Of a stretch of DNA of 32,000 nucleotides, positions 9,349-17,440 are shown in pieces. Each line of letters opens with the position of its first letter. Position 1 is the first letter of the stretch. The translations under genes were made by a program, and so were the position numbers. The stretch covers positions 30,001 to 62,000 of the forward strand of contig NZ_NVQC01000024.1 in the NCBI RefSeq assembly GCF_003044035.1. The letters are read 5' to 3'. Source of the DNA: Candidatus Methylomirabilis limnetica. Lineage in GTDB: Bacteria > Methylomirabilota > Methylomirabilia > Methylomirabilales > Methylomirabilaceae. The notes under the pieces are model-generated. The model was not told the origin of the DNA, made no database searches, and saw only the letters and a list, made by a program, of their open reading frames with translations.

Positions 9349-9400
9349 GCGTTCATGGCGTTCATGGCGTGTGGCGTTGATTGCGTCTGTGGCGTGGATT
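9349..9400. repeat. Family F degenerate tandem array (units GCGTTCATG x2, GCGTGTG, GCGTTGATT, GCGTCTGTG, GCGTGGATT)
   Basis: Read directly. Six contiguous units all start with GCGT, with a period of 9 (one unit of 7). The array lies immediately upstream of the rtcB ribosome-binding site. Confidence 0.6.
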
Positions 9401-9425
9401 AGTGCTCAGCGCAGAAAATAGCTTA

Positions 9426-9486
9426 CCCCCTTTCCCGAAGCGAGGATTGACCCCTCTTTGGAAAAGAGGGGCGAGGGGAGATTTGC
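9426..9486. repeat. G/C-rich post-stop hairpin element, family member b
   Basis: CCCCTCTTT-GGA-AAAGAGGGG is a perfect 9-bp stem (9451-9471), followed by the CGAGGGGAGATTTG tail. It abuts the mqnC stop codon (9487). Confidence 0.55.
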
Positions 9487-10560
9487 TCATTCTAAGAGCT
9501 GATATCGTGAGTTTCGACGTTTTGGGACAAAACCTGCGTCGGCAATGTTTCGTCGGATCTCATCGAGAGGCATAAGCTGCGCCGTGACGGCAGTCCTCAC
9601 AACATTCTCCTCAAGAACGGTGCTCCCGAAGTCATTGACGCCGTACTGTAGCGAGAGCTGTCCGATCTTTGGGCCCATCGTCAGCCAGGATGCCTGGATA
9701 TGCTGTACATTGTCCAGCATAATTCTGGACACAGCCACAGTCCGAAGATAGCCGTAGCCACTACCACCGCGCCCTCGGAGCGCGTCGCCATTGGGTTGAT
9801 AGCTCCAGGGGATGAAGGCCGTGAAACCGCCGGTCCGATCCTGCAGCTCTCGAATCCTGATAAGGTGCTCAATGCGCTGGGCCAGCGTCTCTCCCACCCC
9901 GTACATCATCGTGGCCGTGCTGGGTATCCCAAGACCGTGGGCGATCTGCATGAGGTTCAGCCAGTCAGATGCGCTCTCCTTAAGTGGCGAGACCCGCTCT
10001 CTCACCTCATCAACTAACAGTTCAGCCCCAGCTCCTGGGATCGAATCGAGGCCAGCCGCTTTAAGCCGCTTCAACGTGTCCTTGAGGGATAGCCTGGAAC
10101 TATCTGATATATAACTGATTTCTACAGTAGAGAGCGCATGGAGATGGACCGGAAAGCGAGCCTTGATTGAGGTGAGCAGATCCTCATAATAGTCGATCTT
10201 CAGGCCGGGGTTAAGCCCCCCTTGCAGCAGGACCTCCGTCCCACCAAGCTCGATCAGCTCCTGGATCTTATGAAAGATATCCTCCTTGGGCAGGAGATAC
10301 CCTTCGGTAGAGCCCGGGACCCGGTAGAAAGCGCAGAACGAACATTGGACCCAGCAGACGTTGGTATAGTTGATGTTACGGCCAATGACATATGTCACAA
10401 CCGGCTCGGGATGTAATCGCCAGCGCACGCAGTCAGCCATCGCGGATAGTTCCAGTAGTGTCGCGCGTTCGAAGAGTTCAACCCCATCATCGAAGCAGAG
10501 CCGCTCCCCCGCCTCGACCTTCTCTGCTATCGCCTCGATCCTGCCGTTCGACTCAGCCAT
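9487..10560 (-). CDS. mqnC: Radical SAM cyclic dehypoxanthinyl futalosine synthase (MqnC type, futalosine menaquinone pathway)
   Basis: NINYTNVCWVQCSFCAFYR is a CxxxCxxC motif. GAGAELL...PLKES...GETLAQRIEHLIRIRELQDRTGGFTAFIPWSYQP...IQASWLTMGPKIGQLSLQYGVNDFGSTVLEENVV matches the MqnC pattern as I remember it. The MqnC versus MqnE assignment was not verified by a search. Confidence 0.6.
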   Translation of the reverse strand: MAESNGRIEAIAEKVEAGERLCFDDGVELFERATLLELSAMADCVRWRLHPEPVVTYVIGRNINYTNVCWVQCSFCAFYRVPGSTEGYLLPKEDIFHKIQELIELGGTEVLLQGGLNPGLKIDYYEDLLTSIKARFPVHLHALSTVEISYISDSSRLSLKDTLKRLKAAGLDSIPGAGAELLVDEVRERVSPLKESASDWLNLMQIAHGLGIPSTATMMYGVGETLAQRIEHLIRIRELQDRTGGFTAFIPWSYQPNGDALRGRGGSGYGYLRTVAVSRIMLDNVQHIQASWLTMGPKIGQLSLQYGVNDFGSTVLEENVVRTAVTAQLMPLDEIRRNIADAGFVPKRRNSRYQLLE

Positions 10561-10671
10561 GCCTTAGATTCCTCGGTTCCATCCGGCACTCGCTATGGGA
10601 CAGCGATCCTGAAGCAGTTAAACTCATGCACCGTTGTTTTGTCAGTCATCTCAATCGGTCCGCGTCCGGGA

Positions 10672-10992
10672 TCAGCCGGCCTTGGCGGTTACCCGCAGCT
10701 TTACGCGGGCCTTCTTCTGGAGGGCGCTCACGATACCGAAGAAGTTCTCTGTACTCGGGTTGCCGCGCGGCGCCAGCATCCGATGCAGGCTCTTGCTCGG
10801 CTTGTTCAGCTCAGCGGCCAATTCTTCGAACCCGACGGTGGCGTTGACCAGATCGCGCAGGATGGCCTTACCCGCGGCGGTGTCACCCCCGAGATAGGCG
10901 TTGATCGCCTCCGTGAAGAGCATTTCGCGAAAACGCGGGTCGAGCTGCGCGCGCGCCACAACTGTGTCCTTGAAATCCCGTGTGAGTGCCAT
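10672..10992 (-). CDS. HTH-type antitoxin (addiction-module antidote protein, HigA-like)
   Basis: MALTRDFKDTVVARAQLDPRFREMLFTEAINAYL...SLHRMLAPRGNPSTENFFGIVSAL. The start at 10992 has a GGAGG 8 nt upstream and lies 16 nt after the toxin stop. The track extension to 11277 overlaps the toxin and is rejected. Confidence 0.7.
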   Translation of the reverse strand: MALTRDFKDTVVARAQLDPRFREMLFTEAINAYLGGDTAAGKAILRDLVNATVGFEELAAELNKPSKSLHRMLAPRGNPSTENFFGIVSALQKKARVKLRVTAKAG

Positions 10993-11008
10993 AGCGCCTC
11001 CGGTCTGC

Positions 11009-11341
11009 TTATCCCTTGGCCTTGCGGCGGCGATAATCGGCCCAGCGCTCCTTCGCCGCCTCGATCGCCTGTTGCTGGCGTTGCTTGGTGCTGCCGCCGA
11101 GCAAGATGACCACGCGCTCGCCGTCCCTGCCGAAATAGACTCGGTAGCCAGGGCCAAAGTCGATTTTTCGCTCGAACACACCCGAGCCGACCCCCTTGAG
11201 GTTTGAAGAGTTGCCCGCGGCCAGTTGATAGAGCGCAACCGCGACCTTGACTGCGGCGGGCGCGTTGAGCCCCTCAAACCAGGCGGCGTACGGCGAGCGA
11301 CCCTCGGGATCGAGGTACTCCAGAATTCGAATGGCTGCCAT
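11009..11341 (-). CDS. RelE/ParE-superfamily toxin (addiction-module killer protein, HigB-like)
   Basis: 110 aa with the GPGYRVYF...VVILLGGSTKQRQQQAIEAAKE pattern. This is typical of the killer-protein family that sits upstream of its antidote. Confidence 0.7.
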   Translation of the reverse strand: MAAIRILEYLDPEGRSPYAAWFEGLNAPAAVKVAVALYQLAAGNSSNLKGVGSGVFERKIDFGPGYRVYFGRDGERVVILLGGSTKQRQQQAIEAAKERWADYRRRKAKG

Positions 11342-11348
11342 CGTCTAA

Positions 11349-11366
11349 GGTAACATATAGGTTACC
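11349..11366. promoter_or_regulatory. Perfect palindrome GGTAAC-ATATAG-GTTACC, a candidate operator of the toxin-antitoxin pair
   Basis: Read directly, 8 nt upstream of the toxin ATG (11341). The AT-rich TATAT flanks could double as the -10 region. Confidence 0.4.
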
Positions 11367-11509
11367 ATATAAACTCTGTCACAGCAATCACGAAAAGTTT
11401 CACCGTATGGTGAAGGGCAGGGAAATTCAGTTCGATTCCCTTGCCTTACCCGGAGCTCCTTAAACCCCTAGACCCCTGAAACACTGCAGCGCTGGTCAGT
11501 ATAGCAGCT

Positions 11510-12643
11510 CTATCCTCTACCAGACGTGGTGAGAGGAATGGGAGTGATGGCGTTGTAGAGCGCGTCGCGCTCTACTGGCTGGCGGCCGGCCTCGTGGATC
11601 ATGGCGAGAAGTTCGGCGTGAGCGAGCTCCTGATGATGGGAGTTGTCACCCATGGCGTGGGTAATCTCATAATGGCTCACCGTCCCATCGACATCGTCCG
11701 CCCCGTACCAGAGCGCCAACTGCGCCACCGCCGGTGTGGTCATGACCCAGAATGCCTTGATGTGAGGGATATTATCGAGGAGCAGACGGGCGATGGCAAT
11801 CTCACGCAGGTTGGCATACCCGGTAGTGATCGGGAGATGGCTGAGCTCGGTGTTGGTCGGATCGAATGCCAACGGGACGAAACACATGAAGCCGCCCGTT
11901 TCGTCCTGCAAATCACGAATATGGAGCAGGTGCGTGACCTTTTCCTCAACCGTCTCGATGTGGCCATAGAGCATCGTAACGTTTGAACGGACACCGGCCC
12001 GATGTACGGCCTTGGCCACGTCAAACCATTCGTCGTTGTCCAGCTTGGCCCTGAACAGCTCTTCGTGAACGCGGTCACTAAATACCTCTGCTCCGCCGCC
12101 AGGGCAACAATCGAGCCCTGCCGCCTTGAGGTCGGCCAGCACCTCTTCCATCGGCTTGTTGGCCACTCGCTGGATCTGCGCCAGTTCGATCATGGTGAAC
12201 GCCTTGACCTGGACGCCGGGTCTCGCGTCTTTCACAGCTGTGATGAGGTCGAGGTAGTACTGGTACGGGAGTTTCGGATTGATCCCCGCCACTATGTGGA
12301 TTTCACGGAGGGGAACCTCATCGTACTTCCGGATCTGATCCTGGATATCATGGATGCTCAGTACATACCCTCGTGGGTCGGTGGGCGGGGCATAAAATGA
12401 GCAAAACTTGCATCCCTTGTTGCAGATGTTCGTGTAGTTGATGTGCAGGTTGCGGACAAAATAGGCGAGGTTGCCGTTCAGGCGCTCGCGCACCAGGTTG
12501 GCGAGAAACGCCACTGAGGTCAGGTCGCGTGTCTGGTAGAGCGCTAGTCCGTCGCAGAGGTCCATGCGAATGCCATTCAGTATCTTCCGATACAGCGCGT
12601 CTAAGCCTGAGGCAGCGAGCCGAGACTCCATGAGGCGGCTCAT
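11510..12643 (-). CDS. mqnE: Radical SAM aminodeoxyfutalosine synthase (MqnE type)
   Basis: HINYTNICNKGCKFCSFYA cluster motif, REIHIVAGINP, GGGAEVFSDRV, MLYGHIETVEEKVTHLLHIRDLQDETGGF, HIKAFWVM and PVERDALYN. The MqnE versus MqnC assignment is from memory of family patterns. Confidence 0.6.
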   Translation of the reverse strand: MSRLMESRLAASGLDALYRKILNGIRMDLCDGLALYQTRDLTSVAFLANLVRERLNGNLAYFVRNLHINYTNICNKGCKFCSFYAPPTDPRGYVLSIHDIQDQIRKYDEVPLREIHIVAGINPKLPYQYYLDLITAVKDARPGVQVKAFTMIELAQIQRVANKPMEEVLADLKAAGLDCCPGGGAEVFSDRVHEELFRAKLDNDEWFDVAKAVHRAGVRSNVTMLYGHIETVEEKVTHLLHIRDLQDETGGFMCFVPLAFDPTNTELSHLPITTGYANLREIAIARLLLDNIPHIKAFWVMTTPAVAQLALWYGADDVDGTVSHYEITHAMGDNSHHQELAHAELLAMIHEAGRQPVERDALYNAITPIPLTTSGRG

Positions 12644-12975
12644 CGGCGCGGTTTGCCTCTGGACTCAACGTCTCCGCCTGCCTGTTGCGTGCCTATACCG
12701 TCGATCTGTTTGAGGAGAGCAATCGCACTCAGTTCGTAGCTATGGCGCGCCTGCTCATAGTCTTCGAGACTGAGCCTCCCAGCCTGGTAATCGAACTCAA
12801 GCTCCTTGATTGCGGCATATACCATTTGCTTCTCGGCCAGGAGCTCCTGCAACTCGGTCTGTTCTGACCACAGTGGAACTCCATTAGACGATCTGAAGAA
12901 CGGCATGATTACCGGCAAGAGGGCGAGAAGAACTAGCAGGATGATAATTAGTATTAACATTATGGTTGGGTTCAA
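12640..12975 (-). CDS. Membrane-anchored CcmI-like N-terminal domain protein (no TPR region)
   Basis: N-terminal TM helix, then ELQELLAEKQMVYAAIKELEFDYQAGRLSLEDYEQAR. This resembles the CcmI/CycH N-terminal segment (…ELERDLAEG-L-xxEY…). The track start is a TTG at 12975, and an ATG at 12960 is an alternative. Its stop overlaps the mqnE ATG (ATGA). Confidence 0.4.
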   Translation of the reverse strand: MNPTIMLILIIILLVLLALLPVIMPFFRSSNGVPLWSEQTELQELLAEKQMVYAAIKELEFDYQAGRLSLEDYEQARHSYELSAIALLKQIDGIGTQQAGGDVESRGKPRR

Positions 12976-13095
12976 CGTTCAATGTTCAACGTTCAACGTT
13001 GCACCCCGAACATTGCACGTTGAACATTGCACTTTGAACGTTGCACGTTGAACATTGCACTTTGAACGTTGCACGTTGAACATTGAACGTTGAAC
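12970..13095. repeat. Family B element B1: 18 in-phase heptamers (4 x GTTCAAY followed by 14 x NTTGMAC), including a 28-nt higher-order repeat
   Basis: 126 nt equals 18 x 7, read directly. GTTCAAC is the reverse complement of GTTGAAC, so the first four units can pair with any later GTTGAAC unit. GTTGAACATTGCACTTTGAACGTTGCAC occurs at 13019-13046 and again at 13047-13074. Confidence 0.85.
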
Positions 13096-13107
13096 TTTCT
13101 ATGATCA

Positions 13108-13572
13108 TCAGCGTTCCGATTCCTTGAGTTCCGCTTCGAGTCGAGTGGCGTAGCGGGGATCAAGGGGGCGCGATGCATCCCCGTTTGGGCCGTGACCCCT
13201 CCTCATCGCGCGACGGATCTTGAGAACGATGATCCCAGCTCCGCCCAGGATGGCGACGAATGGCAGCAGCCACGCGATCCAGTTAAAACCCTTGCGCGTC
13301 GGCGCAAGCAGAATCCACTCGCCATAGCGACTAACGAAGTAGCCTCGAATCTGCTCCGGGCTCTCACCGTTCTTGAGTTTATCGAGGATGACCTCGCGCA
13401 TCTGGATCGCCATCTCTGAGGGTGAGTCGGCTACCGAGAGGTTCTGACACACCGGGCAGCGCAACCCGGCAGCCAGTAGGTGGGTCTGTTCCTCGATGCT
13501 GCCAGCGAGTATGGCGGATGGCCACGTCCCAAGGACTACCACCATCACCACCAAGGCAACCGTTCTACGCAT
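13108..13572 (-). CDS. ccmH: Cytochrome c-type biogenesis protein CcmH
   Basis: Signal peptide, LRCPVCQNLSVADS (the LRCxxCQ motif), and a C-terminal TM helix. Confidence 0.85.
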   Translation of the reverse strand: MRRTVALVVMVVVLGTWPSAILAGSIEEQTHLLAAGLRCPVCQNLSVADSPSEMAIQMREVILDKLKNGESPEQIRGYFVSRYGEWILLAPTRKGFNWIAWLLPFVAILGGAGIIVLKIRRAMRRGHGPNGDASRPLDPRYATRLEAELKESER

Positions 13573-13611
13573 GTGTCATCTCTTTCTCAGCAAGTTCCAG
13601 AGCTTCCCAAC

Positions 13612-13653
13612 AAGGAACTCTGAACTTTGAACCTTGAACGTTGAACGTTGAAC
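13612..13653. repeat. Family B element B2: six in-phase NNNGAAC heptamers (AAGGAAC TCTGAAC TTTGAAC CTTGAAC GTTGAAC GTTGAAC)
   Basis: Read directly. It has the same unit and orientation as B1 and lies between the ccmH start and the ccmG stop. Confidence 0.7.
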
Positions 13654-13658
13654 GCAGA

Positions 13659-14177
13659 TCAGAGCATCTCATCGATCTTTGCCTTCAGCACCTTCGCGTC
13701 GACGGCTCCGACGTGTTTGTAATGAATCGTGCCGTCCTTCGTAATGAAGAAGGTCTCCGGTACGCCATAGATACCATAGTCAATGGAGATCTTTCCCTGC
13801 GGGTCAGGACCGCTTGGAAAGCTGAGCTTGAGCCGCTCGATGAACGCCTTTGCATCAGCATCCCGATCCTGGATATCCACCCCAATGACCATCACCCCTC
13901 GATCCCGGTAGGTCTGCCAGGCGGCCTCCAGGTGTGGCGCTTCTTCGTAGCAGGCTGGGTAGCACCAGGAGGCCCAAAAGTTCAGGACCACGACCTTCCC
14001 ACGGAGCTGCTCCAGGCTGGTGCTGCTTCCATCAAACATGGAAAGAGCGAACGCGGGCGCCTGGTGTCCCACCAGCGGCGATGGCACCTCCCTCGGGTTG
14101 GTCTTGAAGCCGTAAGCCAGGAGCAGTAGGAGTGGGATAATGCTGAGCAGCAGGCTTAGCTTCTTCCAGGTTGCCAT
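13659..14177 (-). CDS. ccmG: Thiol:disulfide oxidoreductase CcmG/DsbE (thioredoxin fold)
   Basis: N-terminal TM anchor, the FWASWCYPAC CxxC motif, and GVPETFFI. The ATG at 14177 gives a normal N-terminus. The track extension to 14282 lies inside ccmF. Confidence 0.8.
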   Translation of the reverse strand: MATWKKLSLLLSIIPLLLLLAYGFKTNPREVPSPLVGHQAPAFALSMFDGSSTSLEQLRGKVVVLNFWASWCYPACYEEAPHLEAAWQTYRDRGVMVIGVDIQDRDADAKAFIERLKLSFPSGPDPQGKISIDYGIYGVPETFFITKDGTIHYKHVGAVDAKVLKAKIDEML

Positions 14178-16156
14178 GCCATCTGCTCCTCCACCTGGTT
14201 TGCAGCGAGGGCCCGTCTCCGGTCGGGCCAGATCGCGATCAGCGAGCCCAGGACCATCACCCAGCCACCAAGCCAGATCCACATCACCAGCGGGCGAACC
14301 AGCGCCTTCACGGTGGCGGTAGTTCCATCCTGCGCAAACGACGAAAGGACCAGGTAGAGATCCTCCCGTGCCGTAGAGCGGACATCGACGGTGCCGATCG
14401 GCTGTTGCTCGGCCGGATAAAACCGCTTGGCAGGCCGCATCTCGGCTACCTTTTGATTCGAGTTGAAGACCGTAAAGCTCCCTTGCACTACAAAGCGATG
14501 CGGCTCTTGCCAGGCGCTGAGTTCGTCAAATCGAACCTGGTACCTACCAAGCTGGAGCGACTCGCCTTTCTTCAGGGTGACCTCCTGCTCCAGCTTGAAG
14601 ACCGACGAGGCGGTAATACCGACCACGACGAGCGCTACCCCCAGATGGACTATGAGGCCGCCATAGCGCCGTCGGCCCCGGCTGGTGAGTTTCGAGAGCG
14701 CGACCAGATACCCCTCTCCTGTTTTTCGACGTCGCGTTATGGCGCCACTGGCAAACTCCTGAATGACGGTAATGGCGGCAAACAGGCTGAAGGCAAAGGC
14801 CAGGAGCGGGTACAACCCACGAACCCCAAGGAACCAGCAGATACCGGCTCCCGGAATAGTGAGGCACAAGGGTATGGTAAAGGTCCGTCGCAGGCTATCG
14901 AGCGAGGCGTGTCGCCAGGCGATCAGCGGTCCGATGGCCATCAGGAAGATCAGACCCAAGCCGATAGGAACGTTCACCGCGTTAAAGAACGGCTCGCCCA
15001 CGCTAACCTTGACCCCGCGAACCGCCTCGGACAGGAGGGGAAACAGCGTACCAAGGAGGACCGCAAACGCGAATCCCAGCAGTAACAGATTGTTCGTCAG
15101 GAAGGCGCTCTCGCGGGACACCAGTGAATCGATATCGCCTTCCGCCTGTAACTTGTCGCTCCGGTACACCATGAGACCGAAGGAGAAAAACAGGATCAGG
15201 CCGATGAAGACCAGAAACAACGGCCCGACGGTCGAGTCAGAGAACGCGTGAACAGACGAGAGAATACCGCTTCGCGTAAGAAAGGTGCCGAAGATGGTCA
15301 GCGCGAAGGTGATGATGATCAGCGCCACGTTCCAGAACTTCAGCATCTTTAGTCGCTCCTGGATCATGATCGAGTGTAGAAATGCCGTGCCGGTGAGCCA
15401 GGGCAGCAACGAGGCGTTCTCCACTGGGTCCCAGGCCCAGTAACCGCCCCATCCCAATACGTCGTAGGACCACCGCCCCCCGACGATAATGCCGACCGTA
15501 AGGAAGGCCCAGGACGCGAGCGACCAGCGGCGTACGGCCCTGATCCATGCCTCACCGAGCCGACCGGTGATCAGGGCGGCTATGCCGAAGGCATACGGAA
15601 TGGACCAGCCGACATAGCCGGCGTACAGGCCGGGGGGGTGAACCGCCATCAGGGGATGATTTTGCAGAAGCGGATTCGGCCCGCGCCCGTCAAGTGGCAC
15701 TGGGAACATCGTGGTAAAGGGATTGGCCGGAAAGGCCACCAGGATGAGGAAAAAGGTCAAGATGCACAGCAGGACAGCCGTCACGTACGGGATCAATTCA
15801 CGCTGCCGCTTCCTCTCGAACATCACCGTGAGGAGGGTCATCAGGGCCAGCAGCCAGACCCAGAGCAGAATTGAGCCCTCGAGCGCTCCCCACAGTGCAA
15901 TTATCGTGTAGAATAGCGGTGTATCAAGGCTGGCATTCCTGGCAACGTACTGAAGGCTGAAGTCGTGGCCGACCAGCCCAGCCTCCATCAGCAGGATTGC
16001 GAAGGTGCTGAGGCCAAACACCGAGACTACCGCTCCTTGGCCGCTCTCGATCATGGCCGGTTGACGCCGCCGCGCCCCCATGATAGAGACGAACGCGCCG
16101 TAGACCGCGATGGCGAGGGCCAACCAAAGACTGAACCGGCCAAGTGTCGCAATCAT
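14156..16156 (-). CDS. ccmF: Cytochrome c heme lyase subunit CcmF
   Basis: 666-aa polytopic protein with a WGGYWAWDPVENASLLPW tryptophan-rich motif, at the expected position between ccmE and ccmG. Confidence 0.9.
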   Translation of the reverse strand: MIATLGRFSLWLALAIAVYGAFVSIMGARRRQPAMIESGQGAVVSVFGLSTFAILLMEAGLVGHDFSLQYVARNASLDTPLFYTIIALWGALEGSILLWVWLLALMTLLTVMFERKRQRELIPYVTAVLLCILTFFLILVAFPANPFTTMFPVPLDGRGPNPLLQNHPLMAVHPPGLYAGYVGWSIPYAFGIAALITGRLGEAWIRAVRRWSLASWAFLTVGIIVGGRWSYDVLGWGGYWAWDPVENASLLPWLTGTAFLHSIMIQERLKMLKFWNVALIIITFALTIFGTFLTRSGILSSVHAFSDSTVGPLFLVFIGLILFFSFGLMVYRSDKLQAEGDIDSLVSRESAFLTNNLLLLGFAFAVLLGTLFPLLSEAVRGVKVSVGEPFFNAVNVPIGLGLIFLMAIGPLIAWRHASLDSLRRTFTIPLCLTIPGAGICWFLGVRGLYPLLAFAFSLFAAITVIQEFASGAITRRRKTGEGYLVALSKLTSRGRRRYGGLIVHLGVALVVVGITASSVFKLEQEVTLKKGESLQLGRYQVRFDELSAWQEPHRFVVQGSFTVFNSNQKVAEMRPAKRFYPAEQQPIGTVDVRSTAREDLYLVLSSFAQDGTTATVKALVRPLVMWIWLGGWVMVLGSLIAIWPDRRRALAANQVEEQMAWQPGRS

Positions 16157-16602
16157 GGTCGCGTAGCCGGCGGCTTCACCAGCGTTCGGTAGTGATCCTT
16201 CGCCGTGGCCTGACCCTCCTCAGGCGGCCGATACTCTTCAGAATGCTTGGCCAGGATCGTATCTGCCTGAAAGAGGCCGTTCATATACTTCCCCTCCACA
16301 ATCGCGCCAGATCCCTCCTTGAACAGGTCAGGCGGCGAGCCCACGTACTCGACCGCAACCTGCTCTTTCTCGTCGCCCAAGCGGAAGGTCAGCTTCAGTG
16401 TCTGCGGATCCCAACTGCGCGATCCAGCCACCACCATCCCGCCTACGCGAAAGGCTCTATCCGTTGTCGCCGATCCCTTTTGCTTGAGCTCCGTCGGGGT
16501 GATGTAGTAGACGGCGGCCTCTCGGATTCCGCCAACGATCAGATAACCGATGGTCGACGCGATGACGACCGCCCCCAGGAGCAGTTTAGTCTTTTTCTTC
16601 AA
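16153..16602 (-). CDS. ccmE: Heme chaperone CcmE
   Basis: N-terminal anchor, an OB-fold region, and the heme-binding ILAKHSEEY histidine motif. The TTG start overlaps the ccmD stop (TTGA). Confidence 0.85.
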   Translation of the reverse strand: MKKKTKLLLGAVVIASTIGYLIVGGIREAAVYYITPTELKQKGSATTDRAFRVGGMVVAGSRSWDPQTLKLTFRLGDEKEQVAVEYVGSPPDLFKEGSGAIVEGKYMNGLFQADTILAKHSEEYRPPEEGQATAKDHYRTLVKPPATRP

Positions 16603-16745
16603 TTGGCCTTGTCCTTCGTATGGTGCTTGAGCGCCATAACCTGCACCCTCACTGCCTTCATACGCCTCCAGATCGAGACGATATACCAGAGCAGACCCAC
16701 GGCGGACAGCAGATACGCCGCCAGATTATAGGACCACGGATTCAT
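16599..16745 (-). CDS. ccmD: Heme exporter protein CcmD (48 aa; below the ORF-track length cutoff)
   Basis: My own translation: MNPWSYNLAAYLLSAVGLLWYIVSIWRRMKAVRVQVMALKHHTKDKAN. It has a single TM helix followed by a basic tail. Its ATG overlaps the ccmC stop (ATGA) and its stop overlaps the ccmE start. It occupies the canonical slot between ccmC and ccmE. Confidence 0.7.
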   Translation of the reverse strand: MNPWSYNLAAYLLSAVGLLWYIVSIWRRMKAVRVQVMALKHHTKDKAN

Positions 16746-17440
16746 CCGAGTAGCTCCATCCGCAGGTTGAAAAGCTCTTCCCTCGCCCCCTCGAGCCGAA
16801 GTCGCTTAGCCAGGAGATATCCGTACAACAGCACGAAGGCAGCGAGGTTCGTCAGGAGCGCCATCAGCATGTCCGGGGCCACCGTCCATAGACCAGATTT
16901 CAGGAGCGACGCGGGTTGGTGCAGGGTGCGCCACCACACGACGGACATGTGGATGATCGGAATATCGAGGAACCCGATAATCCCAAGGACGGCGCAGAAG
17001 GCGGCCCCTCGCGACTCGTCTTCCATCAGTGCCCGAAGCATCAGATAGCCGAGGAAGATCAGCAGCAGGATAGCGGTCGAGGTCAGTCGCGCATCCCACG
17101 TCCACCAGGCCCCCCACGTCGGTCGCCCCCATATTGAGCCGGTTGCAATCGCCAGGGCGGTGAAGAGCGTGCCGATCTCGGCAGACGAATGCGCGATCGC
17201 ATCGTACTGCCGGCTACGGCGCCCCAGATACAGGATGCTCGTCACGAACACTACAAAAAAGGCCAGGTAGCTGACGAGGATCAAGGGGACGTGCAGGTAC
17301 ATCAACCGCTGCACCTCTCCCTGCACTGCATCGGGCGGCGCATAGATCAAGCCTATGTACAGGCCGATCAGTAATCCAATGGCAGTACACACGCCCAGTA
17401 CCCATTCGATCCGTTGTAAGGTCATCGTCTCATTCCTCAA
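16742..17440 (-). CDS. ccmC: Heme exporter protein CcmC
   Basis: WGRPTWGAWWTWDARL is the WGxxWxWD tryptophan-rich heme-handling motif. The protein is polytopic. Confidence 0.9.
   Translation of the reverse strand: MRNETMTLQRIEWVLGVCTAIGLLIGLYIGLIYAPPDAVQGEVQRLMYLHVPLILVSYLAFFVVFVTSILYLGRRSRQYDAIAHSSAEIGTLFTALAIATGSIWGRPTWGAWWTWDARLTSTAILLLIFLGYLMLRALMEDESRGAAFCAVLGIIGFLDIPIIHMSVVWWRTLHQPASLLKSGLWTVAPDMLMALLTNLAAFVLLYGYLLAKRLRLEGAREELFNLRMELLG

Noticed and set aside
11418-11465. A tRNA-like T-loop (GTTCGATTCCC) in the mqnE-toxin spacer might be a tRNA gene or a tRNA-derived attachment site for the TA cassette.
   Set aside because: The bases flanking the loop do not form a T stem. There is no acceptor stem, anticodon arm or CCA context. 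It folds only as an imperfect 12-bp hairpin (AAGGGCAGGGAA / TTCCCTTGCCTT).
14178-14282. The N-terminal extensions in the ORF track for ccmG (14282), thiC (5941), the antitoxin (11277), lipB (20961), pdhB (25078), yjbQ (29629), nuoI (30265), erpA (31482) and the NusG paralog (1638) might be real.
   Set aside because: In most cases (thiC, antitoxin, pdhB, yjbQ, erpA, NusG paralog) an internal ATG with a good Shine-Dalgarno sequence gives the family-typical N-terminus; for ccmG, lipB and nuoI the internal ATG is preferred on the N-terminus alone. The extension overlaps the upstream gene or a repeat element.
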